Below are positions 38,459 to 47,400 of a stretch of DNA of 64,000 nucleotides, piece by piece; position 1 is the stretch's first letter, and every line of letters starts with the position of its first letter. The position numbers were made by a program, and so were the translations under genes. The notes under the pieces were generated by a model. That model did no database searches. It worked only from the letters and a program-made list of their open reading frames with translations, and was not told where the DNA came from. This DNA comes from a virus (lineage: Duplodnaviria > Caudoviricetes), in IMG/VR virus record IMGVR_UViG_3300029319_000020, positions 14,437 through 78,436 of that record. One strand, given 5' to 3'.

Positions 38459-38782
38459 ATGGAAAAATCTAAAATTGCGGATTATGCGTGGAAAGGCTTT
38501 ACTATATGTTTATCTATCATTATTGTGCCTTGTTTTGTATGGATATGGGATTCAGAAATGAGACTTGGAGCCTTAGAGTATAAAATGGATGATGCTAATA
38601 AAAATCTTGAAAAGATTATTGCACACATGGATAGTCAAAATGGAACAGATGCGATAGATCGCCAAGTTCAATTTAAACTAATGGAAGAGAGACTTGAACA
38701 ACTTGAGAAAAATCAAGAAAGATTAGAAGAAGAAGTTCTTCATTATGCCAAAAAATTTGTTGAAAAAGGAGACAGAAGATGA
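38459..38782 (+). CDS. Single-TM coiled-coil protein (holin/spanin-like candidate)
   Basis: GGAGG RBS; TM segment at residues ~10-30 followed by heptad repeats. Confidence 0.55.
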   Translation: MEKSKIADYAWKGFTICLSIIIVPCFVWIWDSEMRLGALEYKMDDANKNLEKIIAHMDSQNGTDAIDRQVQFKLMEERLEQLEKNQERLEEEVLHYAKKFVEKGDRR

Positions 38783-38832
38783 AAAATTGTAATTGTTGTA
38801 AAGATTGTTGCTCATGTGAATGTTGTGACTAG
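38779..38832 (+). CDS. 17-aa Cys-rich metallothionein-like peptide
   Basis: AGGAG RBS 7 nt upstream; MKNCNCCKDCCSCECCD contains 8 Cys. Confidence 0.5.
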   Translation: MKNCNCCKDCCSCECCD

Positions 38833-39265
38833 TGATAGATGTCCATTTTGTAACTGTGATCCGTGTGATTGCGATTGGGGGTTAAATGAATTGTTTAAAA
38901 AAGGGAACGTTATTGCTAGTAAATCCTTGGTTAAAGGATCACTTAGCGGTAGTTATTACCCCACCATCGAAGATCTCAGACTACCAACTTTTGACAGTAT
39001 TTATAATACGTTGGGGACAGGTGGAGCAAGTGCACATAAGCAACGTTATAAGAGTGTTATCATAGATAAATCAATATATAAAGTTGGAGATTTGGTCAAT
39101 TGGCACCCTTTTTGGGGAATAGCTGATTGGAATAAGCCTTGGATTATTAAAGAGGTTTATTCGCACGATCCTTTAGACTGTGCGTTTTATGATTATGAAA
39201 TTACCGATGGACTATCAGTCCATAAGGTAACTTTTAGTGAAATAAAAAAATTGGGGGATAAATGA
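38816..39265 (+). CDS. Cys-rich N-terminus plus C-terminal SH3/KOW-like domain
   Basis: CPFCNCDPCDCDWG, then YKVGDLVNWH; start uncertain. Confidence 0.45.
   Translation: MNVVTSDRCPFCNCDPCDCDWGLNELFKKGNVIASKSLVKGSLSGSYYPTIEDLRLPTFDSIYNTLGTGGASAHKQRYKSVIIDKSIYKVGDLVNWHPFWGIADWNKPWIIKEVYSHDPLDCAFYDYEITDGLSVHKVTFSEIKKLGDK
38886..39065 (+). CDS. Overlapping 59-aa SH3-like ORF in an alternative frame
   Basis: MNCLKKGTLLLVNPWLKDHLAVVI...VFIIRWGQVEQVHISNVIRVLS. Confidence 0.4.
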   Translation: MNCLKKGTLLLVNPWLKDHLAVVITPPSKISDYQLLTVFIIRWGQVEQVHISNVIRVLS

Positions 39266-39648
39266 AAAAGTACAAAAATGATTGGGTGTGGAACGAAAAG
39301 ATGTGCCACCATCTTGATAAAAGTTATGAATTAGAGTGTATAAGCTTATATAGGAACTGTTACGACTATTCACCAGAACACTTTTATGATGATATTATGG
39401 TGTTTGTGACCAAAGCATTTATTGACAGAAATAGACAGTTGGGCATGGATAACAGAAGATGCATCGTTCAAGTTAAAATGAAATTCGGTTTTCTAACTAT
39501 TTACTATGATGGGGGAAACGACCCTTATCTTGATGAAATAATCAACACTGCTACCAAAATGGCTCAACAAGTCAAAAAGAAAATTGACGAGCAATATGGT
39601 AGAGGAGGGTGGAGACATCGAAAAATACTTTACTCAAATAAGAATTGA
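39262..39648 (+). CDS. Hypothetical protein
   Basis: QVKMKFGFL.IYYDGG motif resembles a common phage small domain. Confidence 0.6.
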   Translation: MKKYKNDWVWNEKMCHHLDKSYELECISLYRNCYDYSPEHFYDDIMVFVTKAFIDRNRQLGMDNRRCIVQVKMKFGFLTIYYDGGNDPYLDEIINTATKMAQQVKKKIDEQYGRGGWRHRKILYSNKN

Positions 39649-39922
39649 TGAATTACCAAAAGGAAGAAAACCAAAATTTCAAATTGGTAATTTAGTAAGA
39701 ATTGTCTTTCGATCAGATGATGGACCAGCTTCATATCAAATAAAAGACAATCTTGGACTTGTTTGTGAAGTTCTCTACTATGAATGTACTAACTACGATT
39801 GGCAACAAATGGATGAAAGAGATCCTTTTTATATTATAGAATACAAACTGTTACCACCAGGTAGAGATAAAGAGTATCGATATGTTTCCGAACAAAATTT
39901 AAGGAAGGTCGAAGATGTTTAG
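39584..39922 (+). CDS. SH3/KOW-like protein
   Basis: PKFQIGNLV..LGLVCEV..Y....V.E.NLRKV; start uncertain. Confidence 0.55.
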   Translation: MTSNMVEEGGDIEKYFTQIRIDELPKGRKPKFQIGNLVRIVFRSDDGPASYQIKDNLGLVCEVLYYECTNYDWQQMDERDPFYIIEYKLLPPGRDKEYRYVSEQNLRKVEDV

Positions 39923-40409
39923 TTTACTGCTATCTCTTGCATTTGCAGGTACTACTGTTTATGCTCCAATGGAAACACAACTGGAGACAACTGTGGTTCA
40001 TTATTTTATTGATAAAGACTTTCATGCTAGAAAAAAAGATATGCTTGTTATTAACTGGGCTGACTGTGAGAATATGGGGCACCGAGAGTGTGCTATGATG
40101 AAAGAGTTTTGGTATTTAGATACAGTTGTGTTTGAAGGTGAGGAATCATACCAAATCAATATTTTTCTTTATGACGAAAAATCAAGAATTGTATCTCAGT
40201 CGATTATACACAAAAGATATAAGATTGAAAAGATCCCTCAAAAAACCACAGTTAAAGGAACTAAGGTTGAGCGAGGTACAATCGCACCATTCAAGACAGA
40301 AATAGAAAAACCTCCAATTTTAATAAAAAAGAAGCCTGAAATTACAGCAAGAGAAATAGAACAAGCTGTTATTAAACTACTTATTAACATTAAGGAGTAT
40401 GAAGAATGA
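39915..40409 (+). CDS. Secreted protein
   Basis: Short signal peptide MFSLLLSLAFA. Confidence 0.6.
   Translation: MFSLLLSLAFAGTTVYAPMETQLETTVVHYFIDKDFHARKKDMLVINWADCENMGHRECAMMKEFWYLDTVVFEGEESYQINIFLYDEKSRIVSQSIIHKRYKIEKIPQKTTVKGTKVERGTIAPFKTEIEKPPILIKKKPEITAREIEQAVIKLLINIKEYEE
40376..40384 (+). promoter_or_regulatory. Putative late motif ACTACTTAT (intragenic)
   Basis: About 20 bp upstream of tagged gene 40406. Confidence 0.45.
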
Positions 40410-40912
40410 AACTAACAAAACAAAAACTAGAACAATTAATAGCGGAAGAATATGTAAGAAGGGTTGCCGATGATGGAAAGCCAACTAACTATCCTGAATA
40501 CGCAGATAAGCTTACTGCTTTGGCAAAATCAGACCCTTTACAAGCTAGAGAACTAGCTGATGCTTTGGGTGAGCCTTTAGATATTGAATTTGACAAAATC
40601 AGCAGCCATGTGCCAATTCCACGTTCTGATAGTGAAAAGAATGACTTCGATCTTCATATTGATTTTCTTATGGAAGATCACGTTTCATCGTTAGCAGAAG
40701 AACCAGACATGCAAGAAGCGTATGAATTCGCACAAAGAAAAGGGCTTGATCCTCAAGAAACATACAATTCATTAATGAGAAATTATAAAAGAATAATGTT
40801 ACGACATGTAAACCAACCAAAAACCGAACATGATCGAAATAAAGAATTAGAAGATCTTTATGGTCTTGATCTCCGCCCAGATTGGATGAAAAAAAGCAAA
40901 CCAAAAAGATAA
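40406..40912 (+). CDS. Tagged hypothetical protein (paralog of 31362)
   Basis: MKLTKQKLEQLIAEEYVRR..KPTNYPEYADKL. Confidence 0.7.
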   Translation: MKLTKQKLEQLIAEEYVRRVADDGKPTNYPEYADKLTALAKSDPLQARELADALGEPLDIEFDKISSHVPIPRSDSEKNDFDLHIDFLMEDHVSSLAEEPDMQEAYEFAQRKGLDPQETYNSLMRNYKRIMLRHVNQPKTEHDRNKELEDLYGLDLRPDWMKKSKPKR

Positions 40913-40922
40913 ACAAAAATAC

Positions 40923-40951
40923 TTGACAAATCTTTCGAAGTGTGTTATACT
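40923..40951 (+). promoter_or_regulatory. sigma70 promoter
   Basis: TTGACA-N17-TATACT with extended TG. Confidence 0.85.
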
Positions 40952-40979
40952 ATATGTATCAATAAATAACGGAGGATTT

Positions 40980-41918
40980 ATGACCAATTACAACTTGGGT
41001 TATGCTTGTATTAACAAAGGTTTCTCGGAGAGGCCAAAGAAACAACGCATAACTACAAACCGAAGCATGATCAAACGAACATTCAAAGAAAAAGGTTTGC
41101 CTTACGCTTCCGAACTTGCACTTCTTAACTCAAAAGATTTGCTTACAATCATGAAGTGGAACAAAGAAAACAACATTCACTTCTACAGAATGTCCTCAGA
41201 CCTTATACCTTGGGCTTCTGAATATGAACTAAACAAACTACCAGACTATGATGCGATTGCTGAAGCACTGTATGAAGTTGGTTTGTATGCTGCGGAGAAC
41301 AATATCCGTATCACAACTCACCCTGGTCCGTTTAACAAATTGACCAGTCCAAAAGAATCTGTAATACTAAATACTATTAGGGACTTGGAGATTCATGGTG
41401 AGATCTTTGACTTAATGTGTTTGCCTAGAACACCTTATGCCAAAATTAACATCCACGTAGGAGCTGCTTATGATGATAAACCTATGGCCCTTGATAACTT
41501 TTGCAAGAATTTTCAAAGACTCTCAGAAGCTGTCAAGACAAGATTAACAGTCGAAAACGATGATAAACCATCGTTATACACCACAGAGGAATTATACAAT
41601 GATATCTATAAACGTATTAATATCCCTGTGGTGTTTGACTACCATCATCACGATCTGCACTCTGGAGGACTCTCCGAGAAAGAAGCATTGGACATGGCTC
41701 TTGCTACTTGGCCTGTGGATGTGCGTCCTGTGGTGCACTACTCTGAATCAAGATCTGATGAATATGGTGATCCTAAGATAAAACCACAAGCACATTCAGA
41801 CTCTTATGTAAGACCTGTGAACACTTATGGGTTACCAATGGATATTATGCTTGAAGCAAAACACAAAGAGCTCGCACTCTTTAAAATGCGTGAACTAATG
41901 GAGGACAATAATGTTTGA
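40980..41918 (+). CDS. uvsE: UV damage endonuclease UvsE/UVDE
   Basis: LGYACIN, FYRMSSD..PW, HPG.F, NIHVG, ENDD, FD.HHH, AHSD. Confidence 0.93.
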   Translation: MTNYNLGYACINKGFSERPKKQRITTNRSMIKRTFKEKGLPYASELALLNSKDLLTIMKWNKENNIHFYRMSSDLIPWASEYELNKLPDYDAIAEALYEVGLYAAENNIRITTHPGPFNKLTSPKESVILNTIRDLEIHGEIFDLMCLPRTPYAKINIHVGAAYDDKPMALDNFCKNFQRLSEAVKTRLTVENDDKPSLYTTEELYNDIYKRINIPVVFDYHHHDLHSGGLSEKEALDMALATWPVDVRPVVHYSESRSDEYGDPKIKPQAHSDSYVRPVNTYGLPMDIMLEAKHKELALFKMRELMEDNNV

Positions 41919-42174
41919 TAAATTTTTTAAAAAAGTTTTTAAATCAAGAAAACTTTATTCTGAAGAAGAGGCTGAAGAAATGCAAAAGCAAATTCAAAGG
42001 CTTCAAGAGGATAACAAGCTTCGTGAAGCCCAAGTGGTTAAATTAGGAAGACTTTTGCATGATGATCCTGTACACAAAGATAGGTATGCAAAAAGAATTA
42101 ATATTCACAGTAGAATAATAAACGATAACAAAAAAATAATTCAAGAACTTGAAATGAAACTATTAGACAGTTAG
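41911..42174 (+). CDS. Hypothetical coiled-coil protein
   Basis: GGAGG RBS, 87 aa. Confidence 0.6.
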   Translation: MFDKFFKKVFKSRKLYSEEEAEEMQKQIQRLQEDNKLREAQVVKLGRLLHDDPVHKDRYAKRINIHSRIINDNKKIIQELEMKLLDS

Positions 42175-42182
42175 GAGGATAA

Positions 42183-42506
42183 ATGTCAACAGAAAAAAAA
42201 CGTAAAGAAGGTACTGGGCACGGTGTTGATCTACAAGACCGTCAAAAAGTAGAGCCACCAAAGAAGTACAAAGTTATCTTACACAACGATGACTATACAC
42301 CAATGGACTTTGTTATCATAGTTCTAATGGATGCTTTTAACTTTAGCTTTCAAAAAGCATCAGCAATTATGATGCAGGTGCATGAACAAGGTAAAGGCAT
42401 AGCAGGAGCTTATTCTAAAGAAATTGCTCTAATGAAAGTAAAAAAGTGTAATCAAATAGCCCGTCATGAAGGGCATCCTTTGATGGTCACTATGGAACAA
42501 GAATAA
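42183..42506 (+). CDS. clpS: ClpS N-end-rule adaptor
   Basis: PKKYKVILHNDDYTPMDFV, VHEQGKG.AG.Y, HPL...E. Confidence 0.95.
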   Translation: MSTEKKRKEGTGHGVDLQDRQKVEPPKKYKVILHNDDYTPMDFVIIVLMDAFNFSFQKASAIMMQVHEQGKGIAGAYSKEIALMKVKKCNQIARHEGHPLMVTMEQE

Positions 42507-42534
42507 AAAAAATAATTTTTTTTATAAAAAATAC

Positions 42535-42563
42535 TTGACAAGTGTTCAAAAATATGTTATATT
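42535..42563 (+). promoter_or_regulatory. sigma70 promoter
   Basis: TTGACA-N17-TATATT with extended TG. Confidence 0.8.
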
Positions 42564-42638
42564 ATATATGGTTTGAAAAAGAACCGTCCGGGGTTTGATT
42601 TACCCCTTCACCGTACGCAAAAGTACAAGGGAGGTTTT

Positions 42639-43685
42639 ATGCCTTTAACAAATCAAAACACACAAATTTTTCAATTATCCCCTACGGGTTTTAAATCAGA
42701 ACCAATTGAGAATTACGCATATGATCAAGATTTACTTGATGAGTTTAAAGTAACCATAGTTGGTACTTTTATGGTAAGCTACTCTGATATCGACATGGAT
42801 ACAAGATCTGGACAAATCAGAGCTAAAGACATTGACCCAGCTCATGTTGATAGGATGAAAATGTCCATTCAGCATAGCGGTATTACAGACTGGATAATAG
42901 GTTCTATTGATCCTAAAACAAAAAAGATCAACTTGTTATCTGGACACCATAGGGTTACGGCTCTTTTAGATCTGCATTTAGATACAGAATCGCCTATATT
43001 CCCAGTTATGTTGGTTAAGCATCATTCTAAACTGTCTAAAAGACAATGGATGCGAAAGGAAAACTTACACACAGATGTTGCTAGACCATCTTCTAAAGAT
43101 GATGCTGTGCTTTTCATCAAAGAGATGAAAGACGAGTTTAATCTTTTTAAAAATTTAGACGAAGAACAAACAAAAAAGAAAGTATATGATTTATTAAACG
43201 AATACTTTCCTTTTGTTAAATCTAGTGCAAAGAAGTATGTTTACGAGCATGGTGTACTTGGTAAACCTGTAAGCTCAGTTAAAACTATTACAAAGCAAGA
43301 TCAAATCAAATTGCAAAATTCTGAATGGGGCAATGTATATGGTGCTAGTAAAACTATTGGTAACATTAGCTATATTACATCAGAGTATAATCCTTCTAGA
43401 AAAGGTATTATGATGCAGTGCTTGGAAAGATCAATCGCACATGAAAATGATCCTAATACTTCAGCTATGGAAATTAAGTTAATAACATGGTTTACTCCAA
43501 AGGCTTCTAATCCTACAGTAGAGCGTAAAAAAGCTTTGGAATCATACAAAAGAATGAATTTGTATGTACTTAATGAAGATATGGGATTCATAGGTGAAGT
43601 TATCTTTCCTGAACAAGATAAAACTAAAAATCTGAATAACATTCACACCTACACATGGGATCCTGTGAAAAAAGATTTTGTGTAA
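42639..43685 (+). CDS. ParB/Srx-like domain protein
   Basis: RA..ID..HV..M..SI...G and LLSGHHRV.AL; GGAGG RBS. Confidence 0.65.
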   Translation: MPLTNQNTQIFQLSPTGFKSEPIENYAYDQDLLDEFKVTIVGTFMVSYSDIDMDTRSGQIRAKDIDPAHVDRMKMSIQHSGITDWIIGSIDPKTKKINLLSGHHRVTALLDLHLDTESPIFPVMLVKHHSKLSKRQWMRKENLHTDVARPSSKDDAVLFIKEMKDEFNLFKNLDEEQTKKKVYDLLNEYFPFVKSSAKKYVYEHGVLGKPVSSVKTITKQDQIKLQNSEWGNVYGASKTIGNISYITSEYNPSRKGIMMQCLERSIAHENDPNTSAMEIKLITWFTPKASNPTVERKKALESYKRMNLYVLNEDMGFIGEVIFPEQDKTKNLNNIHTYTWDPVKKDFV

Positions 43686-43702
43686 AAGCAAAAAAAAATC
43701 CC

Positions 43703-43731
43703 TTGACAAACTGTCAAGGGTATGTTATATT
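43703..43731 (+). promoter_or_regulatory. sigma70 promoter with -35 inside a perfect inverted repeat
   Basis: CCCTTGACA-aac-TGTCAAGGG; TTGACA-N17-TATATT. Confidence 0.8.
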
Positions 43732-43792
43732 CATATTGTTCGATATAGAACAATAATAATTAATCGTGCGCAATAGCACAAAGGAGTTAAAC

Positions 43793-44332
43793 ATGAAAGT
43801 AACATTAAGAGAACATTTAGATGTTCTAGATCAAAACAGTAAAGCAAGTAATGAGAACTATAGATCTCTTGCTAGAAGACTTAAACAAAAGTTTGTTGAT
43901 TGTGGTTATCCTAGATCATCACAAAACTTAGGCTTAATTCTTGAGTACATGCACATGATCTTTGAAACACAAGGTTATAGGTGTACACATTGGCTTGAAG
44001 TAAAAGGTGACGAACTAAATGGTGTCTGGAACCGACCAGGAAAAGATTATAATTCTTGGAAAACACCATTAGTTAAGTATGAAATTGATCATGTTCACCC
44101 TAGAAACGCTGGTGGAACTGATAGGCTTGATAATTTTCAATTTTTATCAGCAAACGCAAATCAGTTTACGAAGTGCTCTTTAACTTATGATGACTTATTT
44201 AAAAGATTAGATCTTTCTGATAAGTTAAAAGTAAGAATCGCCAAAGTGCTTTCAAAAAGAGAACAACTGTTTAGATCAGAAAAATGGGAAAACTTTATTT
44301 TAAAGCTACAAAAATTTGAAGACAAAAAATAA
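43793..44332 (+). CDS. HNH endonuclease-like protein
   Basis: YEIDHVHP..AGG.D..DN.QFLS..AN..K. Confidence 0.75.
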   Translation: MKVTLREHLDVLDQNSKASNENYRSLARRLKQKFVDCGYPRSSQNLGLILEYMHMIFETQGYRCTHWLEVKGDELNGVWNRPGKDYNSWKTPLVKYEIDHVHPRNAGGTDRLDNFQFLSANANQFTKCSLTYDDLFKRLDLSDKLKVRIAKVLSKREQLFRSEKWENFILKLQKFEDKK

Positions 44333-44351
44333 ATCAAAAAAACCTTACCTT

Positions 44352-44386
44352 AAGCCCTTGACAAACAAGGGCTTTTGTGTTATAAT
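44352..44386 (+). promoter_or_regulatory. sigma70 promoter for dnaE overlapping a terminator-like hairpin
   Basis: AAGCCCTTG-acaaa-CAAGGGCTT-TT; TTGACA-N17-TATAAT. Confidence 0.85.
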
Positions 44387-44409
44387 ACATAAACAACAAC
44401 GGAGGATAT

Positions 44410-47400
44410 ATGAATTCAATAACATTGGGAATTCAAACATCAAATCAATATGATGGGTGGATTAACAAAGATGGTGAAAGCTTAAACTTTCCCACAGAAG
44501 ATTTAAAACAAATTGGTATTTCTGAGATTAATATTTCAAAAATAACTGAACTGATCTCAAATGAAACCAGAGAGAAACATGGGTGTTTCACATTTACTAT
44601 TAAAGGAAACGGTGGGCATAAAATGTCCAAAGCAGAAATAGCATATGCTAAAAAAATTCTTAAAGAAATTATTAGGTGCAATGAAAGTATAACTAGAGCT
44701 ATTAGTAAAATAAAGTTTATTAATTTACATGCACATAGTGGTGTAGGTTCACCCTTTGACGGTTTTGGCTATCCACAGGAACACATGGATTTTGCATACA
44801 ACAATGGTTGTGAAGGGCTTGCCTTGACTGATCATGGTAACATGAATGGCTTTGCTTATCAAGTTCTTCACGCAAAGAAGATGAAGAAACAAGGTAAAAA
44901 CTTCAAGCCTATCTTTGGTGTTGAGGCTTATTTTATTCCATCAGTTTCTGAATGGAAAATTAAACTTGAAGAACACAAAAAAGATAAAAAGAAAGCTAAG
45001 TCTATCGACGCTGATAGATCTGGTACTAATATTGAAGCAGATGGAGAGTCCAAAGGTCTTTCCAAGTCTGATATAAATAGAACAAGACATTTGGTTCTTA
45101 TTGCTATGAATCAAACAGGTCTTAACAATATATTTAAAATGGTTTCTGAGTCATATCATGGAGACTATTATTATCGTAAACCTAGAGTAGACTTTGAACT
45201 ATTACGCAAGTATCATGAGGGTGTCATAGCTCTTTCTGCTTGTCTTGGTGGTGTTTATGCTGGTTGTTACTGGCAAAACCGTGAAGAAGGATCAGAAGCT
45301 GTTCTCAAGTGTATGAGAGAGATGACTGAAGAAATGCTTTTCACGTTTGGTGATCGTTGGTATCCTGAAGTTCAATGGAACGCTGTTCCTGAACAACATG
45401 AGCTAAACCAATATATCATACAGATTGCCAAAGAATACAATATGAAAATAGTCTCCACTGGTGACTCTCACTATCCAACACCTGATGCTTGGAAAGACAG
45501 AGAACTTTACAAACGTCTTGGCTGGATTGGTAAGGGTAAACCAGAGTGGCTCGATATGAATCTTCCAACCTCAGTTCAAGAGATGGAATACGAATTGTAT
45601 CCAAAGAACGGACAACAGATGTGGGAGTCTTACAAACAATATTCTGAAGAATGTGAGCAAGAATATGATGACGATCTTATTCGTCAGTCAATCGAAGAGT
45701 CTTACCACATTGCTATGGAACGTTGTGAGGACTTTTTGCCTGACACAACGGTAAGACTCCCCGACTTTGTTGTTCCTGCTGGATACAATGAAGACGAGTA
45801 TCTTGAAAGACTTGCTAGTAAGGGTTTGTTCTCTATTCTTCAAGAAAGAGGTCTAACGCAAAAGCAAGGAAGAGCATCGTCACCTATTTATTTATATGAG
45901 AAACGTTTGAAGCATGAGTTACAAGTAATTGCAGATCGTGGTTTTTCAAAATACTTTCTCACTATGAAAGCAATCACGGATAAAACAAATGAAGTACAAT
46001 TATCGGGACCTGGTCGTGGGTCTGCGGCTGGTTCTCTTGTTGCTTATTGTTTGGGCATTACTCAAGTTGATCCAATTAAATACGGCCTTTTATTCTCGCG
46101 TTTCCTCAGATCAGATGCGACTGATTATCCTGACATTGATTATGATGTATCCGATCCTATGGTTCTTAAGGACATTATGATTGAGGAGTGGGGTAACTCA
46201 ACTGTTGTGCCTATCTCAAACTGGAACACACTACAGCTCCGTTCTCTTATCAAAGACATATCAAAGTTCTATGAGATCCCTTTTATGGAAGTTAATGCTG
46301 TTACTGGTAAGATGATGCACGAAGCCACACCGTTGGCGAAGAAGAAGCACGGTATCAAAGCAGGTGTTTACACTCCTACGTTTGATGAGGTTATTGAGTT
46401 CTCTGAATCCCTTCAGAAGTTCTTCAAGAAATATCCTCATGTCAAAGAACACGTTCAGGCTCTTCATGGGTCTTATCGTTCGTGTTCTAGGCATGCTGGC
46501 GGCGTTGTAGTTGGTGAAGACTTAGACAAGTATATGCCTCTGATATCATCCAAAGGTGTCCGACAAACTCCTTGGTCTGAAGGACAAAACGTTCGCCAGT
46601 TAGAGCCAATGGGTTTCATTAAGTTTGATATTCTTGGACTCTCTACTCTTCGTATGATTGAAGATTGTATCACCAAGATACTTCGTAGACATCATGGTAT
46701 TGAAAGCCCAACATTTGCTGATATCAAAGAGTTTTACGATAATCATATCCATCCAGACCAGATAGATCTTAATGATCAAAATGTATATGAAAATGTATTT
46801 CACAACGGACAGTGGGTTGGAGTATTTCAGTTTACTGAGGAAGGCGTACAGAAGCTCGCAGAGAGAACTAAGCCTACATCTATTGTAGATCTCTCTGCTA
46901 TCACTTCTATTTATCGTCCTGGTCCTTTATCGGCAGGTGTTGACAAAGCCTATATAAAAGCAGTACAAGATCCAGACGAGGTTGATTATTTAAATGAAAC
47001 TGTAAGAGGTATCACTGAAGAAACTTACGGCTTTCTTATTTTCCAAGAACAGATTGCTAGATTGGCTCATGAACTTGGTGATGATATAACAATGGACGAA
47101 GCAAACCTTCTCCGTAAAATCTTAACAAAGAAAGGAACAGGTAAAGGTCATGAGGTTAAAGACGCGATTCACGAAAAATTCATCAGAGGCTGTGTACAAA
47201 AGAATATTAACAAACACGCTGCCCAAGACTTGTGGCAGACCTTTGAGTACTTTTCCGGTTATGGGTTTAATAAGTCTCACGCTGTATCCTACTCTATTAT
47301 TTCTTATCAATGTGCTTGGTTGTGTACCTACTACAAAGCCGAGTGGGTTGCATCATTCTTGGACAAAGAACCTGAGTCTCGTAAGGAGAAGGCGATCAAC

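Noticed and set aside
42600-42638. c-di-GMP-I riboswitch (GCAAA-containing hairpin)
   Set aside because: Only a short ACGCAAAA resemblance; the GNRA/receptor two-stem architecture is absent.
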